Shown in pieces: positions 10,835-20,702 of a DNA stretch of 64,000 nt (positions within the stretch are counted from its first letter, which is position 1; every line of letters starts with the position of its first letter). The notes under the pieces are model-generated. The model had not been told where the DNA came from. It saw only the letters and a list, made by a program, of their open reading frames with translations, and ran no database searches. The position numbers were made by a program, and so were the translations under genes. The stretch spans positions 32,001-96,000 of the forward strand of contig JBDHWW010000002.1 of the NCBI GenBank assembly GCA_039810425.1, written 5' to 3'. Source of the stretch: Pseudobdellovibrionaceae bacterium (lineage in GTDB: Bacteria > Bdellovibrionota > Bdellovibrionia > Bdellovibrionales > Bdellovibrionaceae).

Positions 10835-11137
10835 CTATTCACAAAAAATTTTATTTAACGAGTTAATAATTTTCGCCACGCGCTGATCCTCGATTTGGTA
10901 GGTCACAAATTTTCCGTCTTTTCGTGATGAGACCAGCCCCTCCGCTTTCATTTTTGCCAAGACCTGTGAGGTCAGGGATTGTGACATTCCGCAAAGTTCC
11001 TGTAAGTCCCCAACCGTCTTTGGTGAATCGGCAATCCAACACAACAAAATCATGCGTTGCGGATGCGAGAGGTATTTCAACAGGCCAGCCACCTCCTCAC
11101 ATTTTTCTGTCAAAATCTGTTTCTTATCTTTCTTCAT
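10835..11137 (-). CDS. ArsR-family persulfide-sensing repressor (BigR/SqrR-like)
   Basis: LSHPQRMILLC winged HTH, C-terminal IFC cysteine, heads the sulfur operon. Confidence 0.85.
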   Translation of the reverse strand: MKKDKKQILTEKCEEVAGLLKYLSHPQRMILLCWIADSPKTVGDLQELCGMSQSLTSQVLAKMKAEGLVSSRKDGKFVTYQIEDQRVAKIINSLNKIFCE

Positions 11138-11138
11138 A

Positions 11139-11168
11139 TTATTATATTATAATTTATTAATATAATAA
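11139..11168. promoter_or_regulatory. Palindromic operator candidate for the ArsR/BigR-like repressor
   Basis: Perfect 11-bp inverted repeat TTATTATATTA-N8-TAATATAATAA starting 2 bp from the start codon. Confidence 0.6.
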
Positions 11169-11247
11169 GCAAGGCCTATCTTTTGGCCCGGACGTTCCAC
11201 GTCATTTCGATATGTTAGGTGCCAGACCCAACCGACTTTTTTCGGGA

Positions 11248-11952
11248 TTACTCTTTGAGTAAACGGATATAGTTGATTTCAATACCCTGCTGAACAAAGA
11301 TTTTTTCAAAACCTGTCATGAAGTTTTGGACTTTGTACTCCGAGTCCGTCGCATGCAAATTCAGAGTCTCATAGACGACCTGGTACTTGCTCTGTTTGAT
11401 TTCTTCGCGTGCCCAAAGGAAATAGACGCGCGAGTCCGTTTTAAACTCGATGAAAGAACCGGGTCTCTGCATCTGATAGAGCTGATCCAACATACGTGCG
11501 TTCACGACACGGTTTTTTGGCTTCTTCGGGCTGGTCCAAGGATCGGGAAAATGAATGAAGACATTGTTGATTTCGCCTTCAGTAAACAACTCATCAATGT
11601 TGAATGCATGGTACCGGGCAATGGCCGCATTCTTAGCGCCACCACCCACGGCGCGGCGGATGGATTGAATCAACGGCTTGTACTTGAGCTCCAAGCCCAC
11701 GACCAAGCGGTTGGGATTCTTATGACTGTAATTGGCAAAATGGTGACCAGCCCCAGTCCCGATTTCCACGTCCATTGGAAGGCTCTCGTCAGCTTTAAAC
11801 ACGTCACGACGCCATTTGCCTTTATTCAGCGGCGCGCGCTCTTCGTTAAACGCGACATGGGAGTACTCTCCTTCCAAAGCCATTGTATAGGCGTTTGGAA
11901 CCGGCAAGGTGCGAGTCAGATTAATTTTAGGGCGGTGGAAGATTTCGGACAT
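11248..11952 (-). CDS. trmB: tRNA (guanine-N7)-methyltransferase
   Basis: VEIGTGAG, GLEL, IHFPDPW..KK..NR, FKTD. Confidence 0.92.
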   Translation of the reverse strand: MSEIFHRPKINLTRTLPVPNAYTMALEGEYSHVAFNEERAPLNKGKWRRDVFKADESLPMDVEIGTGAGHHFANYSHKNPNRLVVGLELKYKPLIQSIRRAVGGGAKNAAIARYHAFNIDELFTEGEINNVFIHFPDPWTSPKKPKNRVVNARMLDQLYQMQRPGSFIEFKTDSRVYFLWAREEIKQSKYQVVYETLNLHATDSEYKVQNFMTGFEKIFVQQGIEINYIRLLKE

Positions 11953-11964
11953 AATAAACAGGCC

Positions 11965-12963
11965 TTATTTGATATTCGGAGTACCTGTTAATGACATCAC
12001 TGTAAATGGATTTCTGCTCTCAAATGGTGTTTGGCGAATGGGGCAGGCTTCAACCGTGCACATTTTGCAGTAGATTCGTTTGCACGGATCCAGGTGGAAG
12101 GCGATCTCCCCGTCAAAGGCATAATCGCGCACCACTTCTGCTTCAAAATCTTCACAAACACCATGTGCCTGAGAGATATTCCAGTACTCCGGAATCACCA
12201 AATGAGCATCGACGTGATGGAAGCGGCCTGAACGAATCGTGCGCAATTGATGGATATCAATTATTCCAGGGCTGCGGTTTTTCTCGAGCGCATCTGCAAG
12301 ATCCTTCAATACTTCCAGATCCACCTCATCAACGAGGTTACCACCGGATTTACGCGTAATTTTATAACCCTCGTAGGCCAAATTCAAACCGACCACAATC
12401 GCAATTGCGGCATCAAGCCACTGCCAGCCAGTTGCTATCAATAAAGCTAAACCCACCAGAACCCCAACAGTGGTCCACACGTCAGACATGACGTGGGCGC
12501 CACTGGCCTTCAGCGCGTCGGACTGTTCTTTTTCACCGATGCGCTTGAGATAAATTCCCAGCACGAGATTGAAAATCGCCGCAAGACCCATAATGAGAAA
12601 ACCCCATTCAAGGTGACGGGCCTCAGAGCCAAAAAACAAAGTCTGCAAGGATTCGCGAATGATCATCAGCGCCGCGAAGAAAATTAAGCCGCCTTCGAAC
12701 GCCGCTGAGAAATACTCAAGCTTGCCATGGCCATAAGGGTGGTCTTCGTCGGCGGGGCGCGCGGCAATGCGCACCACAATCAGCGCAACCAGTGAGGCAA
12801 CCACATTCACCGTGCTCTCCAGGGCATCTGACAAAACCGCCGCTGAGTTCGTGTAATAGTATGCGCCCACTTTCATTGCGAAAATGAAAACGCTCGCAAT
12901 AAATGAAATCCAGGCCGCATTGTTTCGGGCTTTATCGCTTTGGGAACTGAACGTGAGTGCCAT
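11965..12963 (-). CDS. Cation diffusion facilitator transporter with Cys-rich C-terminus
   Basis: SDALES, PADEDHPYGHGKLEY, HVMSDV, cytoplasmic domain; tail HLDPCKRIYCKMCTVEACP. Confidence 0.92.
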   Translation of the reverse strand: MALTFSSQSDKARNNAAWISFIASVFIFAMKVGAYYYTNSAAVLSDALESTVNVVASLVALIVVRIAARPADEDHPYGHGKLEYFSAAFEGGLIFFAALMIIRESLQTLFFGSEARHLEWGFLIMGLAAIFNLVLGIYLKRIGEKEQSDALKASGAHVMSDVWTTVGVLVGLALLIATGWQWLDAAIAIVVGLNLAYEGYKITRKSGGNLVDEVDLEVLKDLADALEKNRSPGIIDIHQLRTIRSGRFHHVDAHLVIPEYWNISQAHGVCEDFEAEVVRDYAFDGEIAFHLDPCKRIYCKMCTVEACPIRQTPFESRNPFTVMSLTGTPNIK

Positions 12964-13005
12964 AAGAGCTTTGTCTTAAATTCAGAGCTCTCAGTCAACG
13001 AAGAT

Positions 13006-14010
13006 TTATCCGCCCGATGCCTTTTTACGGGGTATTGCCGGCTTCGGACGAAGCTCCCGCACTTTGTCGGTCTCAGGAGTGTAGAAACGGGTTTGGTTAC
13101 GGCCCGCGTGCTTTGCTTCGTAAAGGGCGTGGTCCGCGCGACGAACAAGTTCTCGGGCTGAAATGTTTTCCCCAGGGACGGTAATCGCGAAGCCTAATGA
13201 CAGCGTCAACTGAATTTTATCGTCGCCGTTGGCAAAGGTTCGGCCTTCAACGGCTTTGCGCAAGCGTTCACAGAAAAGCATCGCCCCTCGGTGATCGACT
13301 TCCATCAAAACAACCAAAAACTCGTCGCCACCATAGCGCGCCGGAATATCAATATTTCGAGTGTTAATTTTTATGATCTGTCCCACTTCGGAAAGCACAT
13401 AACTTCCAAACAAGTGATCGTGGCCGTCATTGACGGTTTTGAAGTAATCCATGTCCATCATCACGACGCACACGTCACGGCCGAAACGCTTTCCGCGCTC
13501 CAACTCGAAATCAAGGCGTTGATACAACGAACGCATGTTGTAAAGACCGGTCAAGTCATCGGTATCAACGAGTTCTTTGAGGCGCTCATTGGCAAAAAGC
13601 AATTGCGAATGCAGATCGCGGATGCGGAAGTGCGTGCGAATGCGCGCCAAAAGCTCGAGCGGCACAAACGGTTTGATGATGTAGTCGTCAGAACCCGAAT
13701 CGAGGGCTTCGATGATTGATTCCGTGCTCGAATTTCCAGAGATGAAAATACAAGATACGTGAGGGTGTTGCGACCTCACCGCTTGCAAAATTTGAAGACC
13801 CGACATCCCCGGGATCATCCAATCCAGAATAATAATATTCGGAACCCAAGTTTCCATGAGCTTCAAAGCTTCCTGTCCCGAAGCGGCGCCACGGGCATCG
13901 TAATGCTCCCAACGCAATGGCTCGAGAATGATTTCCCGGCTGTCGGCATCGTCATCGATAACAAGAATTTTTCGTTCTCTAGGATCCTTCGTAGCGCTCT
14001 CACGTACCAT
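13006..14010 (-). CDS. dgcA: REC-GGDEF dinucleotide cyclase, Hypr-type (probable 3',3'-cGAMP synthase; DgcA/Bd0367-like)
   Basis: REC (D63), DDLTGLYN, RYGGDEF, RNID I-site; GHDHLFGSYVL with Ser203 in place of the canonical Asp. Confidence 0.8.
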   Translation of the reverse strand: MVRESATKDPRERKILVIDDDADSREIILEPLRWEHYDARGAASGQEALKLMETWVPNIIILDWMIPGMSGLQILQAVRSQHPHVSCIFISGNSSTESIIEALDSGSDDYIIKPFVPLELLARIRTHFRIRDLHSQLLFANERLKELVDTDDLTGLYNMRSLYQRLDFELERGKRFGRDVCVVMMDMDYFKTVNDGHDHLFGSYVLSEVGQIIKINTRNIDIPARYGGDEFLVVLMEVDHRGAMLFCERLRKAVEGRTFANGDDKIQLTLSLGFAITVPGENISARELVRRADHALYEAKHAGRNQTRFYTPETDKVRELRPKPAIPRKKASGG

Positions 14011-14204
14011 ATACGCCTATTTTAGCGCGCCCCATTGAAGTTTCCGAACAGAAGCTTGTTGTTTGTGACGAATCCCATCCGAAGTCCAGACCAGTCCTAG
14101 GTCGAAAATCCAGGCAAATTTTGCCGCTATTTTGCTTCCCATTTTCGTTGAAAGATCCGATATTCTTAGCTATTCATTTTTGACTATTTTTCAGCGGGGA
14201 ACTC

Positions 14205-16619
14205 ATGGCTTTGAATCACACGGATTACGAGAAAAAGTGGCAGAAAAATTGGGAAGACCAAGGCGCTTTCAAGGCAGCCAATACTTCAAATAAACCAAAA
14301 TACTACGCCCTCGATATGTTTCCTTACCCGTCTGGTTCCGGTCTGCACGTCGGTCACATCGCCTCTTACACGCCTGCAGACATCATTTCCCGTTATAAAC
14401 GTGCAACCGGCTTCAACGTTCTTCACCCGATGGGCTACGATGCTTTCGGTTTGCCGGCGGAGCAATACGCGATCCAAACTGGAATTCATCCAGCCATCAC
14501 GACTGAGAAAGCCATCGCGAGTTTCCGCAATACGATGCGATCTTTTGGCTTCAGCTTTGACTGGAGTCGCGAAATCTCGACGGCGGATCCAAAGTATTAC
14601 AAATGGACTCAGTTCATTTTCTTGAAGCTGATGGAACGTGGCCTGGCTTATCAAAAAGAAGTTCCAGTGAACTGGTGCCCTGCTTTGAAGACGGTTTTGG
14701 CCAACGACGAAATCGTCGACGGCAAATCCGAGCGTGGTGGTCACCCAGTCATTCGCGTTCCTATGAAACAGTGGATGTTAAAAATCACGGACTATGCGGA
14801 GCGCTTGCTGCAAGGTCTCGACACCATCGACTGGCCTGAACGTACAAAAGAAGGCCAGCGCAACTGGATCGGCAAAAGCGAAGGCGCGCGCGTGACTTTC
14901 AAAGTCGACGGTGAGGGCGAAACTTTCGAAGTTTTCACTACTCGTCCCGACACTTTGTTCGGCGTGACTTTCATGGTGCTTGCTCCTGAAAACCCGCTGG
15001 TTCCGAAAATCACAGCCATGGCTCATAAGCCTGCAGTGGACGATTACATTGCGGTCTCTTCCCGCAAGTCTGAAATTGATCGCAAGGCAAACACGGATAA
15101 AACCGGCGTTTTCACCGGAGCCTATGCGCTGAATCCATTGAACGGTCACAAGATTCCGATCTGGATTGCTGACTACGTTTTGATGGATTACGGCACGGGC
15201 GCGATCATGGCAGTTCCTGGTCATGACGCTCGCGATTTTGAGTTCGCGGAAAAATTCAATCTACCGGTCGTACGAGTTTTGGAAGGTGGCGATAAATTGC
15301 CTTTCGAAGGCGAAGGCACTCTTGTTAATTCTGACTTTTTGAATGGCATGACGAAAGCAGCAGCCATTAAGAAAATGACTGAGACTCTTGAAGCGAAAAA
15401 AATCGGCCAAAAAGAAATCCAGTACAAACTCCGCGATTGGTTATTCAGCCGTCAGCGCTATTGGGGTGAACCGTTCCCAGTCGTGCACTTCCCGAAAGCC
15501 GGCATGAAAGGCGTTCCAGTCAACGAATTGCCGGTTTTGTTGCCGGAAGTGGCTGACTACGAACCATCTGATAAGGGCGAGGCTCCGCTTGCTCGAAATA
15601 AAGAGTGGATGCAGTACAAGGGCACGGCGGCGATTGGCGCTGAAGGCGAAATGGGCCAGCGTGTGACCGACACTATGCCGGGCTCTGCGGGTTCTTCTTG
15701 GTATTTCTTGCGCTATATTGATCCACATAACGACAACGCTCCGTTTGATCCGGCAGCTGAAAAGTACTGGATGCCGGTGGACTTGTACGTCGGCGGGCCA
15801 GAGCACACGGTTGGACATTTGCTCTACTCTCGTTTCTGGATGAAGGTTCTTTTCGATGCGGGTCTTGTGACCCACGACGAACCGTTCAAAAAGCTTGCTC
15901 ATCAAGGGATGATCTTGGGTGAAGACAACCAGAAAATGTCCAAATCCCGCGGCAACGTGATCCCAGCTGATGAAATCTGTAAAAAATTCGGCGCTGACGC
16001 CTTGAGAACTTTTGTTTGCTTCATGGGCCCTTTGGAAAGCGAAAAATCCTGGTCACCAACTGGGATTGAGGGCGTGAAGCGCTTCTTGGACCGTGTCAGC
16101 CGTCTTGTGGTGAACGACGATGGCGTGATCGTAGCGACGGACGAGGCAGTCCCAGCTGATCTTGAGAAGCTTTTGCATAAAACCATCAAAAAGGTCACTG
16201 GCGATATCGAAAACATGAGCTTCAACACCGCGATCTCAGCCATGATGATCCTGGTGAACGAGCTCTACAAAGCCAACGTGAAGCCAAAGGCCGTGCTGAA
16301 ACCGCTCGTCCAGCTCTTGATGCCGTTTGCCCCGCACATGGCCGAAGAGCTTTGGGAAAAAATGGGAGGCGAGGGATTTGTTTCTTTGGCTCCATGGCCT
16401 AAATATGATAACAAACTCGTCGCTGACGACACGGTGACTATTGGCGTTCAAGTGAATGGCAAAATGCGCGGAACGATCGAGACTGCAGTAGATGCTTCTG
16501 AGGCAGATGCCTTGGCAGCGGCTTACAAGGTCGAGACCGTGGCGGCGGTTCTGGCTGGTAAAGCTCCTGACAAGGTGATTTACAAGGCCGGCAAAATTTT
16601 GAACTTGATCGTGAAATAA
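14205..16619 (+). CDS. leuS: Leucine--tRNA ligase
   Basis: MFPYPSG.GLHVGH (HIGH), FTTRPDT editing domain, SRQRYWG, KMSKS. Confidence 0.98.
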   Translation: MALNHTDYEKKWQKNWEDQGAFKAANTSNKPKYYALDMFPYPSGSGLHVGHIASYTPADIISRYKRATGFNVLHPMGYDAFGLPAEQYAIQTGIHPAITTEKAIASFRNTMRSFGFSFDWSREISTADPKYYKWTQFIFLKLMERGLAYQKEVPVNWCPALKTVLANDEIVDGKSERGGHPVIRVPMKQWMLKITDYAERLLQGLDTIDWPERTKEGQRNWIGKSEGARVTFKVDGEGETFEVFTTRPDTLFGVTFMVLAPENPLVPKITAMAHKPAVDDYIAVSSRKSEIDRKANTDKTGVFTGAYALNPLNGHKIPIWIADYVLMDYGTGAIMAVPGHDARDFEFAEKFNLPVVRVLEGGDKLPFEGEGTLVNSDFLNGMTKAAAIKKMTETLEAKKIGQKEIQYKLRDWLFSRQRYWGEPFPVVHFPKAGMKGVPVNELPVLLPEVADYEPSDKGEAPLARNKEWMQYKGTAAIGAEGEMGQRVTDTMPGSAGSSWYFLRYIDPHNDNAPFDPAAEKYWMPVDLYVGGPEHTVGHLLYSRFWMKVLFDAGLVTHDEPFKKLAHQGMILGEDNQKMSKSRGNVIPADEICKKFGADALRTFVCFMGPLESEKSWSPTGIEGVKRFLDRVSRLVVNDDGVIVATDEAVPADLEKLLHKTIKKVTGDIENMSFNTAISAMMILVNELYKANVKPKAVLKPLVQLLMPFAPHMAEELWEKMGGEGFVSLAPWPKYDNKLVADDTVTIGVQVNGKMRGTIETAVDASEADALAAAYKVETVAAVLAGKAPDKVIYKAGKILNLIVK

Positions 16620-16639
16620 CCTTAGGAGGAAACGCTTCG

Positions 16640-18559
16640 ATGTCAAATCAGATGTCCAATCAATGGAGCCCCGAAAAGAGTGCGACCCTTTATGGAATCA
16701 ACAACTGGGGCAACGGATATTTCCGCGTAAACCAGGCTGGCAATGTAACGATCACGCCCATGGGCTCAACCGGGCCATCTGTAGATTTGTATGATTTGAC
16801 TCAAGACCTCTTAGATCGCGGTATCCGCGTTCCAATCATGATTCGCTTCCCTGACATCATCAAAGCCCGCGTTCAACAACTGAACACCTGCTTTCAAAAA
16901 GCTTTCGCGGATCACAGTTACAAAGGCAGCTATTGCGGTGTTTATCCTATCAAGGTGAACCAACAGCGCCACCTCGTTCAAGAACTTGTCAAGCACGGTA
17001 AAAATCATGCGATGGGCCTTGAGTGCGGTTCAAAACCTGAACTCCTCGTGGTTCTGGCTTTGATGAGCACTGAGAATGCTTTGATCATTTGTAACGGCTT
17101 CAAAGACGCGGAGTATATCGAAACCGCGATCTTGTCGCAAAAACTCGGCCGCAACACGATTATTGTGGTCGACCGCAAAGAAGAACTGAAAATGATCATC
17201 GACGCCGCTAAAAAGTTTAACACGCGTCCTAAGATCGGTTTCCGCGCAAAACTCAACACCCAAGGCGCCGGCAAATGGGTGGACTCTTCTGGCGCCCGCT
17301 CTAAATTCGGTCTGACCTCCATGGAAATCGTGGAAGGCGTTGAGGTTCTGAAAAAAGAAAACATGCTCGATTGCCTCGAGCTTCTTCACTACCATATAGG
17401 TTCACAAGTTCCGTCAATCCAAAGCATTAAGTCTTCATTGAAAGAAGGCGCGCGTTTCTATACGGAATTGCATGCAATGGGCGCGGGTCTTAAGTTCATC
17501 GACGTGGGCGGCGGCCTGGGCGTCGACTACGATGGCACGGGCTCTTCTGACAGTTCCGTGAATTACAGCGAACAAGAATACGCCAACGACATCGTGTCTG
17601 TGCTTCAAGCACTGTGCGATGAAAAAGGTGTGCCACATCCAAACATCGTAACTGAGTCCGGCCGCTTCTTGGTGGCACATCACTCGGTTTTGATTTTCAA
17701 TGTCTTGGGCGTCAACGATCTTCACCGCATGGAACCACCTCGTCCAGCGGCAAAAAAAGATCCGACGATCATGCAAGACATGCAGTACATCTTCGAAAAA
17801 GTGAACAAAGACAATCTCAATGAGTGCTTCAATGACTTGACTCAAGCAAAACAAGAAACTTTACAATTGTTCACTTACGGCGTTTTGACTCTTGAGCAAC
17901 GCGCCTGGTGCGAAACGATGTACTTCGCCATCGCCACGAAAATGGTGATCATGGCACGCGCCACCCCTGACACTGAAGATATCCAGGCGGCTTTGGGCAA
18001 AGAGCTTTGCGACACTTACTTCGCGAACTTCTCTGTATTCCAATCAATCCCGGATTCTTGGGCCGTAGGACAGCTCTTCCCTATTATGCCAATCCACCGT
18101 TTGGGCGAAGAACCCACCCGCAGTGCGACGTTGGCGGATTTGACTTGCGACTCTGACGGCGTGATCGAAAAATTCATCGACACGGAGTCTGGCGAACCGA
18201 AAGAAACCGTGCGCGTGCATGATTACACTGAAGGTCAGCAGTACTACATGGGGATCTTTCTTACAGGCGCATACCAAGAGATTTTGGGCGACTTGCACAA
18301 CCTGTTCGGTGACACGGACGCGGTCCATATCTCTTTGAGTGAAGTCGGCTACACGATCGACCATTATGTTCCAGGTGATACCGTGACTGAAGTATTGAGC
18401 TATGTCCAGTACGGCCGTTCAGAAATGGTCGATAACGTTCGCCAAGCAACAGAAGAAAGCATCCAGCGCGGAACTATTACCAAACAAGAAGCTAAACTTT
18501 TGATTAAACACTACGAAGAAGGCCTCTCAGGTTACACCTACCTCGAAGAAGCTGAATAG
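16640..18559 (+). CDS. speA: Biosynthetic arginine decarboxylase
   Basis: YPIKVNQ PLP lysine, GSKPEL, HYHIGSQ, DVGGGLGVDYDG, TCDSDG, GAYQEILG. Confidence 0.97.
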   Translation: MSNQMSNQWSPEKSATLYGINNWGNGYFRVNQAGNVTITPMGSTGPSVDLYDLTQDLLDRGIRVPIMIRFPDIIKARVQQLNTCFQKAFADHSYKGSYCGVYPIKVNQQRHLVQELVKHGKNHAMGLECGSKPELLVVLALMSTENALIICNGFKDAEYIETAILSQKLGRNTIIVVDRKEELKMIIDAAKKFNTRPKIGFRAKLNTQGAGKWVDSSGARSKFGLTSMEIVEGVEVLKKENMLDCLELLHYHIGSQVPSIQSIKSSLKEGARFYTELHAMGAGLKFIDVGGGLGVDYDGTGSSDSSVNYSEQEYANDIVSVLQALCDEKGVPHPNIVTESGRFLVAHHSVLIFNVLGVNDLHRMEPPRPAAKKDPTIMQDMQYIFEKVNKDNLNECFNDLTQAKQETLQLFTYGVLTLEQRAWCETMYFAIATKMVIMARATPDTEDIQAALGKELCDTYFANFSVFQSIPDSWAVGQLFPIMPIHRLGEEPTRSATLADLTCDSDGVIEKFIDTESGEPKETVRVHDYTEGQQYYMGIFLTGAYQEILGDLHNLFGDTDAVHISLSEVGYTIDHYVPGDTVTEVLSYVQYGRSEMVDNVRQATEESIQRGTITKQEAKLLIKHYEEGLSGYTYLEEAE

Positions 18560-18583
18560 GTGCCACAAGCCCTGGGTCGTGTT

Positions 18584-18610
18584 GTGCCGGGTCCGAATGG
18601 GACCTGGCAC
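18584..18610. repeat. GC-rich stem-loop between convergent speA and ABC permease (REP-like or bidirectional terminator)
   Basis: GTGCCGGGTCC-GAATG-GGACCTGGCAC, 11-bp stem with one G-U pair; no canonical U tract. Confidence 0.5.
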
Positions 18611-18624
18611 TAAAAAAAGATTCT

Positions 18625-19653
18625 TTAACCTACTGCAGATTTCGCGTCGAAGGCATCTCGGACAGCCAAGTTGATATTGATCAACAAGCTCATCGTCACA
18701 ACCAATGCCAATGTCGGATACCACACCAGCCATTCCGCCGTCGTGAAGTAACTTTGGCCTTGGCTCAGCAACTCACCCCAGCTCGGAGTTGGTGCCGGCA
18801 AACCAAGACCCAAATAATCCATGGTTGAAAGCAAAGAAATATTCCCGGCAATTTCAAACGGAGTCAAAGTCACAATCGGCGTCAACGCATTCGGAAGGAT
18901 GTGCTTAAACACAATGCGCTTATGGGTCGAACCGATGGCCTTTGCCGCCTCGACATATTCACGCTTTCTCAGGCTCAAGAACTGACCGCGCATGTAGTGA
19001 GAAATCCCCGTCCAACTAAAGAAGACGCTGAACACAACCAGCATGAACAAGTTCGGCTTAAAGATCGAAATCAAAGTAATCAAAATCAAAAAGGCCGGAA
19101 TACTCTCGTAAACTTCAATCAGGCGCATCCCCACCAAGTCGACCTTACCTCCCATGTAACCCATCGCCGCGCCCACGGCACAACCGATCAGATAGCACAG
19201 GAACCAAACGCCGACCGCGTACACAAAGGTATAACGGAAGCCGTAAACCAAGCGCGTAAGTACATCACGGCCACGGTCATCAGTTCCCATCAAGTTGTAA
19301 CGAGAAGGAGCTGCCGGATAAGAATCCGCGAACAAGTTGCTCTCATAGGCATCCCATTGAACAAGAGGCCAGATTTCCCAGTCGCCCTCGCCCATTTGCA
19401 ATGAGCGATAGTCCATGACCTGAATATCTTCACGTCCAAACAATGACGGATGATAGTCCTTCACGAGCGGGAAGTAGAGTTCGCCATGATACTTCATCAC
19501 GTGCGGCTTGCTATTGAACCACAATTCCGCCGTAAAGCTCACGAAAATCATGAATAAGAAAATATACACGGAAACGACCGCAGAACGATTGCGTTTAAAG
19601 CGGCGATAGCGTTTCAGGGTCAACTCATTGGTAATCAGCGTGTTCTCGATCAT
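18625..19653 (-). CDS. Peptide ABC transporter permease (YejE/OppC-like)
   Basis: GTDDRGRDV, EYVEAAKAIG EAA loop, HILPN, PSWGELL. Confidence 0.93.
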   Translation of the reverse strand: MIENTLITNELTLKRYRRFKRNRSAVVSVYIFLFMIFVSFTAELWFNSKPHVMKYHGELYFPLVKDYHPSLFGREDIQVMDYRSLQMGEGDWEIWPLVQWDAYESNLFADSYPAAPSRYNLMGTDDRGRDVLTRLVYGFRYTFVYAVGVWFLCYLIGCAVGAAMGYMGGKVDLVGMRLIEVYESIPAFLILITLISIFKPNLFMLVVFSVFFSWTGISHYMRGQFLSLRKREYVEAAKAIGSTHKRIVFKHILPNALTPIVTLTPFEIAGNISLLSTMDYLGLGLPAPTPSWGELLSQGQSYFTTAEWLVWYPTLALVVTMSLLININLAVRDAFDAKSAVG

Positions 19654-20672
19654 TTGAAGTCAATCCTTGGGTCGAGGAGAACATAAACGATATCGCTGAA
19701 GACACGGCCGAAGACCAAGACCAGAGACGAAATGAATGTAATCCCCATGATCACGTTGTAATCGCGCACCAACAACGACTGGTAACTGAGAAGACCCATG
19801 CCATCAAGATTGAAAATACGCTCAATAATCAAAGAGCCTGCCAAGAACACACCAAAGAAGCTCGCAATCCCTGGAACCAAGGCAATCAAAGCGTTTCTCA
19901 GAGCGTGTTTATAGAGAACCACTTTTTCCGAAACGCCTTTTGCTCGCGCGGTACGAACATAGTCGGATTTTACGACTTCGAGCATGGAGTTTCTCATCAA
20001 GTAAGACAACTGAGTAAAGCCGCCGATCATATAACAGATCAAAGGAAGGATGAAATGGTGAACGCGGTCTACGATCTGACCCCACATTGACAACTCGTCG
20101 TAATTGTCAGATTTCAAGCTGCCGATAGGGAACCAATCGAGCTTGCCAGCAAAAATCGTAATCAAGAAAATACCGAGAACCAGCGGGGGCAGAGCATAGG
20201 TGAAATTCAACGCCAGCCCCGTCGTACGATCGAAGGTCGTGCCGGCCTTCATCGCCATTCTCACACCTAAAGGAATACAAACCAGATACGTCAGGAACAG
20301 AGAGGTCAAACCAAACTGCATGGACACAGGGAACTTACTGAAGATCACATCCGTCACAGGCTCTTGGTAAGTAAAGCTCTCACCAAAATCCAGCTTCGTG
20401 AGGTTCTTCAACCAGATCATATAGCGAACATGAATGGGTTTATCAAAACCGTATTGCTTCTTAAGTGCATCAATCACTTCCTGATTCACGCCCGTTTCAT
20501 TGGAGCGACCATTACCGCTGCCACCGCCCATGCTTGAACCGAAGCGAATTGCTTGCAGCTTCTGCTCAATAGGGCTGCCCGGAGCCAAGTTGATCACAAC
20601 GAAGGTCAACAAGGTAATTCCGAAGAACGTCGGGATCATCAACAATAAACGGCGAATCAGATATACCAGCAA
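19650..20672 (-). CDS. Peptide ABC transporter permease (YejB/OppB-like)
   Basis: RRLLLMIPT, DFGESF, DYVRTARAKG, HALRNA, LDPRI; TTG start. Confidence 0.93.
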   Translation of the reverse strand: MLVYLIRRLLLMIPTFFGITLLTFVVINLAPGSPIEQKLQAIRFGSSMGGGSGNGRSNETGVNQEVIDALKKQYGFDKPIHVRYMIWLKNLTKLDFGESFTYQEPVTDVIFSKFPVSMQFGLTSLFLTYLVCIPLGVRMAMKAGTTFDRTTGLALNFTYALPPLVLGIFLITIFAGKLDWFPIGSLKSDNYDELSMWGQIVDRVHHFILPLICYMIGGFTQLSYLMRNSMLEVVKSDYVRTARAKGVSEKVVLYKHALRNALIALVPGIASFFGVFLAGSLIIERIFNLDGMGLLSYQSLLVRDYNVIMGITFISSLVLVFGRVFSDIVYVLLDPRIDFK

Positions 20673-20702
20673 GTTCGCTACTCCCTAACCGACACTCGTC
20701 GA

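Noticed and set aside
14010..14205. GEMM-I cyclic-dinucleotide riboswitch or T-box near dgcA/leuS
   Set aside because: No GEMM (GGCAAA...GCAAA) two-hairpin architecture or T-box consensus found by eye.
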